From NCBI GenBank assembly GCA_009103225.1, contig RHPI01002069.1, positions 2,380,846 through 2,444,845 on the forward strand: DNA of 64,000 nt, given 5' to 3'. The position numbers and the translations under genes were made by a program. Below, one piece after another: positions 49,140 to 62,514 of this stretch. Below the pieces are notes generated by a model that was not told the origin of the DNA, searched no databases, and saw only the letters and a program-made list of their open reading frames with translations. This DNA comes from Chlorokybus atmophyticus (lineage: Eukaryota > Plantae > Mesostigma and Chlorokybus algae). Every line of letters begins with the position of its first letter. Positions within the stretch are counted from its first letter, which is position 1.

Positions 49140-52100
49140 ATGCGGCGGGTGGTGACATGGCGCCACGTGGCGCGCCTGCTGTCGGGCGTTCAAGCAGCAC
49201 CACCGCCTCTGCCGGCTGAGTGGAGTCACCTTTCCTCTTGTGCAAAGAGCTTGAACGTGGCTGCAGCTTCGCCTGCTTGCAGTGCAAGTGCACTCTGGCA
49301 GGTAAGACTTCCCAATGTCTGCTTGCTTCCATTCTCATGTTGCTGATTCTGAGTCTTGGTAAGCTCCATATGCAGCTTGCTAATGGTGAACTTGTAGACA
49401 TTGTGAGGTGAAGTATAAGCGCACTGCATTCGCAGAACACGGCATGCCTGTATGAGTGCACCGGACTCAATTTGTCCCACGGGTTAATAACATCAAAAGT
49501 CCGTCAGCCTGCTTTGGATGACTTGTTACGATACCGACTTTTTTGTATAGTGCACGTACGTATGTGAAGCATTGGAGTGCGTGGCACGTTGCATGACATA
49601 GTCTGTTTGTCTTTTTTCTTTCTTAACCTGATCTCTCATATTACGTGGTACCTGAGTTCTAGCACAATTAGGTTTGATTGACGACGCTTTTCACGCGCAT
49701 CTGACACACTTTCAACAAGCGTCAACGTGTTTATATTGACGTTGTTACTGATAAAAGAGGATTATCGTACATACAAAAATCTCTTTCATGCTGAGTGCTA
49801 ACCTTGAGGGCAACAGAAGCTTGGTGGGTGATGTCTCTGTGATGCAATGAACCCCCNNNNNNNNNNNNNNNNNNNNNNNNNNNNNNNNNNNNNNNNNNNN
49901 NNNNNNNNNNNNNNNNNNNNNNNNNNNNNNNNNNNNNNNNNNNNNNNNNNNNNNNNNNNNNNNNNNNNNNNNNNNNNNNNNNNNNNNNNNNNNNNNNNNN
50001 NNNNNNNNNNNNNNNNNNNNNNNNNNNNNNNNNNNNNNNNNNNNNNNNNNNNNNNNNNNNNNNNNNNNNNNNNNNNNNNNNNNNNNNNNNNNNNNNNNNN
50101 NNNNNCCCCCCCCCCCCCCCCCCCCCCTCTTCTTCTGCAAAAGGTGACAAGTTAATGCTTATTTGAGAACAAGTTCAACCTTCCTTGCAGGTGCAAAAGC
50201 GATGCAATCCGCAAGGCCCCCGCTCGTTCGCCAGCCTGATCCCGTTCAAGCTGGCACAAACAGGCGAGGGCATCGCTGAGTGCGAACTCATACGCTGGTT
50301 TGTGAAACCAGGCGACAAGGTGAGTGTGCACGTTGCCATGGCATTGGTACTGTCAGCTTCACATCATCACTGCATGCTGCATTGACACAGGAGAATGGTT
50401 TGATAAGCACACTTTGTCAAATTCCCTCACCTACAATCAACTCGTGTTGATTGTAGGTGAGGGAATTTGATAAAGTATGCGAGGTGCAGTCAGACAAGGC
50501 GTCGATAGAAATCACCAGCCGCTATGCTGGCACCATTCGCGCGCTGCATCACAACACAGGAGATATTGTGAAGGTATGCTTACAGATTAGCATTGATTTG
50601 GGACTTACGCCAACATAGTTGAACTGACTTACACTTGCATGCTTGTCACAGGTTGGAGCGACGCTGGTTGATATCGAGCCGCCGGTAACATTGGAAGCGA
50701 CACAGGATCCATTGCGGGCCTCACCGGCAGCGTCATCACCTACACCGCGTGATCACTATGCAAACGAGGCGAGCGATATGCAGCCGCCGCCACCGCTGAC
50801 ACGCCAACAATCAGCTTCACTTGCAACCCCCGCTGTGCGCAGCATGTGTAAAGAATTGAATGTGAATTTGGAGGTGAGGTATGGTGCTGCCTGCTACACA
50901 GGCATGGTGACTCAATGCAGTGTTTGAGTTGCTACCACACTATTTCTGTTCAGGATGTGGTAGGGACGGGTAGGGATGGGCGGATTATGAAAGAGGATGT
51001 GCTGCGCTACCGCAATGGGTTGCAACAAGCAGCAGCGGAGCGGACAGCACACGACACAACAAGCACAGCACGTTCAACACTCAATGCACATCCACCACCC
51101 GTGTCAACGCTGCCTCCAACTCCACCACCAAGTCTACCATCCACTACAGCAGGCGAGTCAGAAGCAAGCGAACTAGCTTCTTCGCAAGCTGCGTTGTCGC
51201 TAACTCGTGCTATTGGCAGGGTTAAGTGCACCAGTGATGACTTCCGATACAGAAGTACCCCTGAGGTTGGTTGCTCTTGCTAGGGTGGAATGTGCCCTCG
51301 TACGTACACGTGGCTAGGTAAGCCTTGTGACGTAACATCCTTTCATGCATTGTTCAACAGGGGTTATGCACGCATAATGGCCAAGACTATGGCTGCATCA
51401 ACGGTCATCCCGCACTTTACATTCTGTGATGAGGTACTTGTACTCAGTTGCATACCTTCACTTGTGGTTGCACTCACGTCAGTGACACAACCAAAACTAA
51501 AATTATCAGTCACCTAGCCCACAAAAACAAACAACAAAAAGGGAAAAATACAACTGACTACCATGCATACATGCTGCCACTGATGCAACACGCACATGGA
51601 CTGACATGGGCGCAGGTACATATAAGCTCTTTTGCAAGTGTCTCAACTTAAATGAGTTGTTCCAGGTGCATGTGGACAACCTGATTGCCTTGCGAGAAGC
51701 GTTGAAAGCAGACCCCACCTTTTCCAAGTCCAAGTTGACATTCTTGCCAATCATGATTAAAGCGCTGTCAATCGCACTGCGTGCATTCCCGGGTGTGAAT
51801 GCAACTGTTGACGAGGAGTGCACAAAGGTTACACACAGAGGTATTGTCAACACTCGCGCTGCGTGTGCTTGTAGCCCAGGACTCAGAACTCATCGTTCAG
51901 GTTCACACAACATTGGTGTGGCGATGGACACACCCCACGGACTTGTTGTACCCAACATTAAAGACTGCCAGTCGAAGTCGCTGCCGGAGGTAACAAGAGG
52001 TCATCTGTCTGTATGTGTTACGCCTTTAATGTTCATATTCAGGTTCAGACCTGCTGTGGTGACACACACAAGACTGGTATTTACAATGTGTTGATCAAGC

Positions 52101-52748
52101 ACACGAACAATGGCATTGGGCGTATTTGCGTCCTTGTGCATTGGTGCTGGACATATGAGTGTAATTTGTTCTTTCGCAAACAACCATGTTGATCCATTTT
52201 ATTCTCAGATAGCGGCTGAGATGGCAAGATTGCAAGCACTTGCGGCCAGCAACTCGCTGCCGCCTCATGATGTTTCGGGCGGGACGATCACGATTAGCAA
52301 CATTGGGACCCTTGGCGGCACATATGCCACTCCCATTATCAACAGGCCTGAGGTACATGCTCCATACAAGCAGACATCCCTGTCCTACATGTACAGTACC
52401 TTGTGGAATGTGTAGACAGCACTATATCCAATCTGTCACCTCACCTGCCTGAAAGAGTTCAACGCTTTGCTCTTAGGTCGCTATCATTGCGTTTGGTAAA
52501 ATAAGACGCGTGCCGCGATTTGACGAAGACGGGGAGGTTGTGCCTGCTTCAATCATGCAGGTGAGCATTGCAAGTAAGTGACATTCAATTTTGTCGTAAG
52601 CGTCAGATGGAAGAGACATTGGCATTGTCAACAGGTGAGCATGTCTGCGGATCATAGAGTCGTTGATGGCGCAACAATTGCGCGCCTTGCGAATGAGTGG
52701 AAAGGTTATCTGGAAAGTCCTGAGAAGCTGCTACTGTATATGAGATGA
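49140..52748 (+). CDS. DBT: Dihydrolipoamide branched-chain transacylase (BCKDH E2), mitochondrial
   Basis: Transit-like exon [15 protein letters not shown] (49140-49301); lipoyl domain [14 protein letters not shown]...[15 protein letters not shown]; E3-binding ATPAVR...[13 protein letters not shown]; catalytic [24 protein letters not shown]. One intron contains an assembly gap. Confidence 0.95.
49857..50106. other. Assembly gap (250 N) flanked by C runs
   Basis: Direct reading. Confidence 0.99.
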
Positions 52749-53880
52749 CAGCATTGTTCTCATTGGCAAGAACAATGTGTCATAGAAGGTTCTCAAATTG
52801 GTGCAAATGTTACTACGAATGTCAATGTCACCATTGGCTATGGTCACATTATGCAGGCTATTACCATGTGCATGAGTTGATTGGAGCCACACGCTTGCGT
52901 GAGCATGGGCTGCACACGTGTTTGCCTGTACATGCGCTGGCGTGTGTGCGTCTGTACATGTCCTGCTTGCATATGCTGGTGTGTGCATGTGTATAGGGTA
53001 TGTGAAGTGCTGTGTGAGACACACGTGTGTACGCATGCACATGCGTGTGCGTGTACATAGGCACTCACGCGTGCATACGGGTATGCAAATGGACAGCGTA
53101 GCGAATCCTTACATTTGAAGCATAAGGCACATCACCAGCTAGCCTAGTTGCTGAGCGACAGCATGCATGAGCAAGCAGCAGACCCCAGCGGCTTGCTCGC
53201 AGCGCAAAGTAAGAAAATGGATAAGTTGTGCACGAGCCATGTACGAGTGCGCAGCTATAGAAGGTGCACAAGCGTTGCAAACCCTGCTTCTACAGCTGCT
53301 GGGAAGGGTCAGTTGGACGCGCTGGCCCTCTTACGAAAAGCACCCATCATCAGGTCATCAGTGCACAAAGGAGTGCCCTCTTGTAAAGCAGTTCAATCTG
53401 TTGTTGAAGGCAAACAATTACAAGGCCGTTGGCAATCGCTGAATGTGAAAAGATGCTGAAGGACTTCTCAGCTCTATACGAAGTTAGAAGTTAAGATTAC
53501 ATATTTGGTTACACCTGTAGAGCACCGCTGTTGCTGGTCGCTATATTCAATGATCTGACCCAAGACGGTCTACGGTAGATTGCCTTCCTGTGCAAGCGGT
53601 GGGAGACACACAGGGAGCTATGCGAGTTTATGGCCCCTGTTAGGTACAAGTTGACAAAAGGGTCACACATTTGTAACAACAACAACTATCCGTGTCAGTC
53701 ATGTCTGCGGTGACACGCAAACCAAAACACTCAAACTTGCATCTGCCTGACATATTTTGCAACACTGCACCGTGGCTGAGCCCTAGGCTGTTTGCAAAGT
53801 GATTGTTCCTCCAACTGTGTGCGAAAATGCGCAAACTGCGTACTTCCACATCGGTGTATTAAACATCTCGCTGACATTGG

Positions 53881-54912
53881 TCAACGATAATACGGCTCCG
53901 GCGGGTCGAGGTCCAAGTCCGGGCAGTCCAACTCGCATACACCACGCGTGGAGGTGAAGCCCATGCAGCAGCCGATCTTCGTGTTGTTGGGGTTGTACAC
54001 CCAGAAGCATTGTTCATCATACAATGGTGGCCCGCACGTGTTGTCGAAAATGGACTTGCTCCCATCCCGACGACACCGCCCGTCGTGGTTGCAGCTGCAG
54101 CACACACACATATACAACATTCATGCTAAATCAACAATCAAGTGTAAACAGATACACCCCTGAGAGAAAACAAAACACTCATACTCACCTGCCAGGTGCT
54201 CCATATTGCGGTGCGTTGATATTGCAAGTCCTGTAACACCTGTTTCTGCTATCCCCTTCTTCTACTGACTTGCGACATGTGAACCCACTTTGACACGTGC
54301 CGCAGTCGCAGTCTCTGCCGCATGTATCCCGCACCGGATAGGCCGAGGAGGAGCACTGATGCTGTGTTCTGGTGCACACGTCGCTGCAGGAGTATTCAGG
54401 AATGCAGCCACACCGGTTGGGAACATTACCTTGCAAGAAAGGGAGAAGTGTATCAGTCTGATGCATCACCATGTTTGTGATTTGCGATTTGTGACCAACA
54501 CTCACGTCCTGCACAGAAGAGTTGTGTGTACGGTGTTGGTTGTTTGGCCTCACAGTTGCCACAATCAACCACTCTCCCGCACGTGTCGAGTCCCGTCCCG
54601 CATTCGTAGTCGAGTCCTTCGCACGTGATGTTGTTGTTGTTGTTGTTGTTGTTGCGTGCACGGCACCCTGTTGGCAGAGTCTTGCACGGGAGGCCGGTGT
54701 AGAGCACGTAGGATACGGGGGAGCCTCTGAAACCAGTGACGATGGAGAAGCCGGCGATGAACTTGTTGAGGATGGAGCTGAAGAAAAGGCGGCTGCGGCT
54801 ACGGAGGTCAGGCTGACCAACACTGTTGTACACGTCCGGGACAACTGCAGCATTGACATGTTGTGTCAAACGATGCGTGAGTGCGGGACATGCACACGCG
54901 CGCGCGCGCGCA

Positions 54913-54998
<86 letters not shown>

Positions 54999-57449
54999 CT
55001 CTCATCCCTTCTCCCATCCGAACAAAACTCACCATTAATGAGGGTGCCGACATCAAAGACCTTGCATGTGCTAGAAGTAAACCACTTGGAAGGGTCCTTC
55101 CAAGGGAGCTTACACTCTGTTATCTCCAACTTAGCAGGAGACGGATCCGCAGGCCACAAATACAGGCCATTGTCATAAACCTTGAGCTGGGTAGGATGAT
55201 ACCCTGATGGAGTCAAGTTACACTATTATGATTAGCCTTCAAGCGCACAACAACAAATTAGCTGCATGAATGTGTGACGTATGCATGTGTGAACATACCG
55301 TTGAAGCGGTCGGCATCGAGTGTAGTGTTGTTGCGGGGTGCCTTATAGAGTGTGCACTCAAGTTGTTGTCCACCGCATGATGCGATGAATGCTTGGCGTG
55401 ATTGAGCATAATCAGGAGGGTATCCAGGGCCGTCTACAGCGAATATCATGAAGAACCTGCCCTTGTATACTGCAGAGGAGTACAGTTGTTCACCCTCCAC
55501 GAAAAAACTCCAACCAAAATAGTCTGGCGGGCCCGGGACTGCAAGCAGAAACCCAACCCAATCAGAATGGTCACAACTTTGCCATGTGCAGTGTTTCACA
55601 ATGAGAACACACACAACACATACCCACCTGGCAAGGTGACTCTTTGGCATGAGGGTGCGGTGAGAGACAATGACTCAAATGGACATCTGACTATAGTTGG
55701 AATATCAAGTCCATTATTCTTTGTTGTTTCAACGGCGGCGTAGAGTTTATTCCCATACGCTGCGAGCATAAAGTTGTAGCCGGATGCATCCCTCGGCAGC
55801 ATCGGCAAGTCTCTGCAGTCTGATAAGATGTCGAGGGAGGATGTGTATGTTGAGTTGGGTGATAGAGCGCATGTCACCCTGCGTATTGTCGGGCCTTGTG
55901 TCCTGGGTACGTTGCGCATCGTAGCGAAGACACGGCCTTTGGCGAGAAGATCCAGTGATACTGAAACTCTCTGGGCTGCATGCACACAGTATGTGATCGG
56001 TATGTATGCAGGATTGACGTGTTGGGTTGCATGAGCAACAAACTTGTTGGGCGTACATCCAGATGATGAGGCCAGAGAACTGCACAGGAGAACTGCACAC
56101 CCAACAATTTGCATGCACAGTCAAGCACATGTATCCCTCACTCACTCGCACGCACGCATGCACACACACACACCTGTGCCAGGGTACAACTTCCTCGCCA
56201 AGTCGACAAACTCGCATCTCGTGAGGTTGTTCAAGTCGCACCGCATGACGTCGGCTCCGTTGCCTCGAGTTCTGCGAATGACGGTCGCCTGGAAGAGGAT
56301 GAACTGTCTTCTGGGGTCAATGAGGGCGGTGGTGCTGGCGATGGCGAGGTCGATGCCAACAACTGGGGAGCAAACAGATGGAAATTAGAAAGCTTATTAT
56401 CAGTACGAGTGTTGGGACTTTAGTGTTTTGTGCACATACCAACACTGCTGTACAGCGTGGAGCCCAAGCCTGAGTAGTGTGGGTGCCGCGTGCGTGCGAG
56501 TGCATGCCTGCGTGCCTGTTTGTCGTGCTCATGCATGCATGCACACTGATGGTGTTTGCTGCCCCTTGCTTGTTTACACCCAAACATCATCAACACACTC
56601 ACCGTCTCTGCCATTGTCGGTGTAGCTTGCGTTGTACGCCATGCACTTGTTGGGGTCGTCTACATCGCATTGGGTGATGTGAAGCCTGCCTGAGCCTGTG
56701 CCGCCTTGGCCTATGCGGGACGTGAAGAAGAGCAGCTTGTCGCCGGCGAGAATCAAGTCTCTGCCGTGGAGTTTTAGATCTGTTTGTGGTCACAGATAAA
56801 AGAGAGAGAGAGAGAGAGAGAAAGAGAAAGTGTGTGTGAGAGAGAGAGTGTAAGAGAGTTGAGGTTGTATGAGTGTCAAGCCAGTTTTTCCAACTTACCA
56901 GGCCCAAGTGTTACTGCTAACACTGCTGGCGGACCTGTCTTCTTGCCATCGCAATCTGACACACGTCAAGGATCAACATCAGTTTTATACAACACAGCCA
57001 GCATCAGGCGCCGCACCCAAGGTGATCGTAAATACCATGCATGGCAGCGGATAGATATTTATGTGCATAACAGCTTCGCATAATGCAGTGCTTGTATCAG
57101 CTCGACACGCAGGCCAGGAGATTGCACATTCAGCAACGATGCCTGCCAGTATGCATGCGAGCAGGCGCAAAGCATATCACGTGAAAGCTTGCAACTGCAC
57201 GAGCATGACAGCACGAGGTTGGCTTATACACACTTACGTACGTGCATGGACACTCATGAGCAAAAACATACACCATACACACGAAGCCACCAATAACCCA
57301 TCTTGTGTTCTCTTTATGTTTGCGCCATACACACATACACACACAGCGGCAGGCTACTCACCATAGAGCGAGACTGGATCTGCGTCGACAGCGGCGCAGA
57401 TCAGTAGCAGCACTGCAGCAGCAGAGCATACGAGCTTGACGCCTTTCAT
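53881..57449 (-). CDS. Secreted Cys-rich protein with propeller-like N-terminal repeats and CGxxxDxCG repeats
   Basis: Signal peptide MKGVKLVCSAAAVLLLICAAVDA; about ten spliceable exons; repeated (I/V)xxC..C loops; CEGLDYECGTGLDTCGRVVDCGNC and DTCGRDCDCGTC; ends DPPEPYYR*. Confidence 0.8.
54916..54995. repeat. (GA)n microsatellite, intronic
   Basis: Direct reading. Confidence 0.98.
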
Positions 57450-58230
57450 GACGCCAAGAGAATGCCTGCGTCGCAACAAAGCTGTGTATGAGAAAGGAGG
57501 CGAGCAGGCAGCCAAGCAGAGGAAAGCCTCCGTGGAAGTGTGGTGATGACCCCGGTACTCCACCCCACCCCACCCCACCCCACCTCACCCACTCTCTGCT
57601 CGCAAGCACGCACGCGCACACAAAGCGAATACCACCTTCTCTGCCTTCGCATGCATGCCACGAAGAGAGAGAGGTTGTGGCGGCACACAAGCACTTACCC
57701 TGACAGCATGCGCCGCCGCTGCCTGCCTGGTGAGAGAGCACACAACAGCATGACAGTGAATGCTTCTAGAGCAGGCACTGGCAAGCTCAAGTCTACTTCT
57801 TCTGCAGTGGACTCGAGTTTGTCCTTTCTTGTGTACTTGGTGGCGCGTGCAGCTGCCGCGTCCTACTCAACCCCTGTCAGGGTTCTTGGCGGCCGACGCG
57901 TTAGCAAATTGGTAGCATGACCGCCGTACGCTATTAGAGCCGTATGGATAGTTGGGCGCTATCAACGATCTTGTGCTCAGTCACTGATGTTACAAATTGT
58001 AGGTAGCCTGTACTGAGCAGGCCTAGGGTAGTACGGTGTGCAGCGTGATTGATAATTGCACGGCGACCATTGCAGCGAGTGTGCGAGGCACTCTCCTTGT
58101 GCAGGTGCACAAGGGATATCATGTTGAAAAATGATAGGCTATTAGGCTCTTGCCGCTTGTACAATATATGTGATGGGGGCCTGTAATGGACTAATTAACC
58201 ATAATGTAGAATGGTTACATCCCCCCCCCC

Positions 58231-59197
58231 TTGTAATCTTGCCCACACTTTCCGCTGTTGAAGATCAAACAGTACCTTATACGACTGCATGCACTTCTCG
58301 CTGCCTGCATTGACGCCCACGTGGGCACTTCACATGTTGACTTCAGGTTGGGGAACTGAACATGCACCACATGTTCCTGGGTTGTGCAACATGACCAAGC
58401 CGGCTGTCGTCTCTCTCAAGCATGCTGATAGAATTGCGGTAGAATGGGATACAAGAGAGTGTGTATCAAAGATTGTCACGAACTCACTGCAAGGTCCGGG
58501 CAATGAGCTGGTTTGCCTGTTATGAGTCCCGGATGTGTCCCTAGCCCAAGTGAAGCGTCAATGACGGCTCCGCGCAGGACCCGGCCAGTTGGAGAACACA
58601 AGGTCAGCACCAACTGCGCTATCTCTTGAGCAGCAATCATGCGTCCACCTGGCAACGATGCTGAAAACGCATTTACCTCCTCTTCAGTCATGCTGTTCAG
58701 CGTGGAGTCCTGACGGACAATTGGTTGGTACACAGCGCAATACCAGGGCAACATGTAAACACTTTGCCACAATAGCTGTGCCAACTGACCTGGAACATTG
58801 GCGTTTCAACAGCACCTGGACAAACAGTGAATACATCAACGTTCTCCTGCGACAAACTTGCCTGCACATGCTTGCCAGGATTAGGATGTGTTGACGCGAC
58901 AAATGCGTCAATAGCAGTTTGACCAACTTGTGTACCTGCAAATGCCTGCCCAAGTACGCGATTGCAGCTTTGCTCATACCATCAGCGATCCGAAAGCCTG
59001 GGAAATGCGTGATGCCACCGCCGACGGAGCTGATGAACACAATCTGCTCGCAAGATTGACAGCTTGTTTATGGTGTCGAGAGAACAAACCGGTGGCTCAC
59101 CACAACACCTTACAAAACATGACTGCGGTTTCCGACACCATCGCACGCATGCTTGGTAGCAGTTTCTTCTGCAACAGCAATGGCCCCAGCGCGTTCG
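58231..59197 (+). repeat. Direct duplicate of 47179-48145 (3' part of the SDR gene; probable assembly artefact)
   Basis: Offset 11052; follows a C10 run (58221-58230) and ends at N 59198. Confidence 0.9.
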
Positions 59198-59788
59198 NTT
59201 ACGTAAATGAAGTATACTTATGATATGACTTTTAAGTTTTATAGGTTCCATTATTGGTTTTAACAAACATGTTGTATTAAGGTGCAGCATTGATTAATTG
59301 CCCTCATAATCAATTATTCTGCAACAAAAGGGTATAAACAATTCAACCATCATTTCATTACATCAGTGGAGTATACTTGTGACACCACGGAGTTATACTT
59401 ACTTGTTTCATGATGTATTGTCATCTTTGAATAGGTCGATATAAGGTGACTTGATTTCATTTATTACTGCTTATGAGATTTGGTTTATCAAATCATTTAA
59501 TAATACTTTAATGATCTACTTAACATCAACAATACCAAATCAATCATGGCTCATGTATACATCAAGTGCGGATGAGTTCACCTTCACTTATTTACATACA
59601 AGTTTATTAACGTCAATCACTAGTCAATCGGTTCACGTAGCAGCTGAAGCCGATGCACGATATCAAGGCTCAGTCGCATGAAGTGCTGTGGTAAGCTGTT
59701 GCCGGCTGTGAGTCTACCATATTGCTCAAGATCAAGCATGAGAAATGATGTGACTCTTCGGGTTGGGAGTGATTGAGATGGACTTACA

Positions 59789-59994
59789 CAACGGCCGCTG
59801 TGCAGGTGAACGCATATGCATATGCATGCTTACATGGCTAGCGGGGTGGTAGGGATAGTGCAGCTTGTGAGGTAGTGAATGAACCCGGTGGTCAACCTGA
59901 CAATGGTGTTGTTGGTATGCGCTATGGCACTCTGCATGCTGCTGGCTGTGCATGCCACCATGCATGTGCATTGCCGTTTCGCATTGTATGTACA
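59789..59994 (+). repeat. 206-bp dispersed repeat, copy 2
   Basis: Matches 42458-42663. Confidence 0.85.
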
Positions 59995-60163
59995 CACCAC
60001 GCCGGATGCACATCTTGCGCAATCAACCAATCATCCACGTAGCCGCACCATTACGGGGTGACACGTGTGCAGCAGCCGTCTCAAATAACCATAATTCAAG
60101 GACACCGACCAAAATTGACACTTTTACCCATGAGATCACATGCAACGTTGAACTCCCCCCAAA

Positions 60164-62321
60164 CTACCGCTGGTCGAGTGCGGTTCGAAGCTCGCTCAAC
60201 AAACCAACCATCCTTTCCACGCCCTTGTCGGGTGAGGACGCCTCACCGAGCAACCGCACCAGCGCGCTGCCCACAATAACGCCATCCGCGCCCCACTTCT
60301 GAACCTGCAAACACAAGCATGATGCCTCATGACATGCGTGTGAGATGGGACCATATGGGACAATAAATCCCCACCTACACCATCCATCCAACAGGCTTAG
60401 GCAAGGACATGTACCTGCACTGCGTGCTCTGGCTTTGATATGCCAAACCCAACTGCCACCGGCTTGTCAGTGACCTGCGAGACAACCAATACATGTGCAT
60501 GAGTCAGGCACCAAGGTAAAGCTGTCTTCACCCAGCAGGGCATGAGTGTAAGTGTCATGTGGCAACAGCATGCAAGTATGGATGTGTGATTGTGCCATCA
60601 ATAGGCACACACCTTGCGCAATGTGGAGAGAAGCGTCTCCACCCTACTCTCTACTCCTTGCCTCACCCCCGTGACGCCCGCAACACTGACCAGATACAGG
60701 AAACCCTGCACGCACAACAATACTATTACATCACCACTTACACACAGACACACATGCATGCACACAAAAGGCAAACGTGCACTCGCGTGTTGCACGGTCG
60801 CACGCACACATATGTTCACACACACACGCGCGCGTGTGTGCGTGTGCACGCACACGCACACGCCCACACCAAACACACACTACACCTGCGTGGCTTCAGC
60901 AATCGCATGCATGCGTGTCTCCGGCGTTGTCGGCGTGCACAACAACACAAGCTCGATCCCATTCTCTTTGCACACTCTCCTCATCTCTCCCGTCTCTTCC
61001 AGCGGCACATCCGGCACCACCAGCCCCGCCGCGCCGCGCTGCTTGATGTCGCCGATGAAACGGTCCAGACCCCACTTCATGATGGGGTTGTAGTAGGTGA
61101 AGAGGATGAGGGGGGCGGAGAGGGTGGGAGCGACCTGCCGAGAGGGGAAAGAAGAAGAGTGAACAACGGAGGGAATGAGGCAAAGAGCTGGTGGGTGGAG
61201 GTGGGTGGGTGGGTGGGTGAGTGTGTGTGCGCGCGTGCGTGCTTACAGGCATTTCTATGTTTGTGTGTGAGCAACAATGCAGAAAATTTCCTTGTTGCGC
61301 GCATGCACGCACACGCATGTGTGGTTGTGTCTGTGTGTGCGTGCGTGTGCATGCGCACGCACACATATGCGTGTGCATGTGCGCGAATGTACCGTACCTG
61401 TGCGAGCATGTCCATGACATTTTTCAAAGACGTGCCTTGCGCGAGGGCTCTCGTAGCAGCAGCCTGCAAACGAGAGCAAGCATCATCTCACACACTTCAC
61501 TATAACCAACACGCACAAGGTTCGGAGCATGATCATCATATGACCTGAATGACGGGTCCGTCTGCGAGGGGATCAGAGTAAGGCACCCCGAGCTCGATCA
61601 TGTCGGCGCCCGCGGCATCGAGTGCACGCAGCGCACGCGCTGTCGTGTCAAGATCGGGGTCGCCCGCTACTATGAATGGGATCAGTGCTGTCTGCAGCAA
61701 CGCGTGTTGTTGATCCCATACCCGTGATCTTAATAAAACAAGAAACAAGTCCATCCAGATTGACACGCTGCATATTGTGTGACAAAGACAAGAGGGTGCA
61801 ATGTGTGCATGCGTGGCGTGCAGTGACGTGTGTGTGTTGGATGCTTGCAAAAACTAGTAATAACTCTGCAAGTAACAACAGTAACAAATCGTTTGGAAAA
61901 AGCAACAGGTAGAATGCATGACACCACCGATTACCTCGCATTGTTCACACTGGTTGCTACTGAATGCGCTGCAAGGGTTTGTTTTCTTTCTCTCACGAAC
62001 CTTCTTTTCGGACTTCAATGCAGCAAACACCCCAGAAAGCGACTTCTCCCGCACCCCTGCATCGGAAGCGGCGGTGGACTCCATCCCGGACGCCGCCGAC
62101 GAAGACGAGGACACCGCCGCCGCCGCCGCTGCCGCGGACGCCTCCACCCTGCGCTGCTGACCCCTCCAGGCGGCGGGTCTGGAGACCACTGCTACCTTCC
62201 CGCTGCTGCTGCGTCGGCGCTGGCTTGATATCGACACGGGCCTGCTGATGGAGCCGGACAGCGCCGCCGCAGAACCCGTCGACGTCCCGGCGAGCGCCAC
62301 CGCCGCCGCCGCCGCCGCCAT
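60164..62321 (-). CDS. trpA: Tryptophan synthase alpha subunit, plastid-targeted
   Basis: Ala/Ser/Arg-rich transit peptide; [83 protein letters not shown] across seven exons. Confidence 0.97.
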
Positions 62322-62514
62322 GCTTGCCCTCAGCCTTACAGTGAACTGGCTATGGGCATGTATATTACTGGTACGAAGTTTGATAGCCAGCGAAAAGGGT
62401 GTGGTGCCAGTTTGGTGGCTGTTTTGGATCCTTCGTGCGTGCCGAAACTACTGGTACTGGCAGAAGGCGCAGCCAGTTTGCTCACGTGCGGCCAACTGTT
62501 TGGCGGCGGCGGTG

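Noticed and set aside
58140-58230. Gypsy PPT plus LTR start on the minus strand (G-run then TGTAAC)
   Set aside because: The G-run sits at a suspect assembly junction; no partner LTR or clear pol remnant.
58231-59197. Second SDR paralogue or pseudogene
   Set aside because: Appears identical including introns, is truncated, and has the same poly-C start and N end as the other artefacts.
60559-61548. 329-aa plus-strand ORF
   Set aside because: Antisense to trpA exons and CA-rich introns; low-complexity translation.
62248-62514. N-terminal extension of the IFT20 ORF to 233 aa
   Set aside because: Overlaps the trpA first exon antisense; IFT20 similarity begins after ATG 62515.
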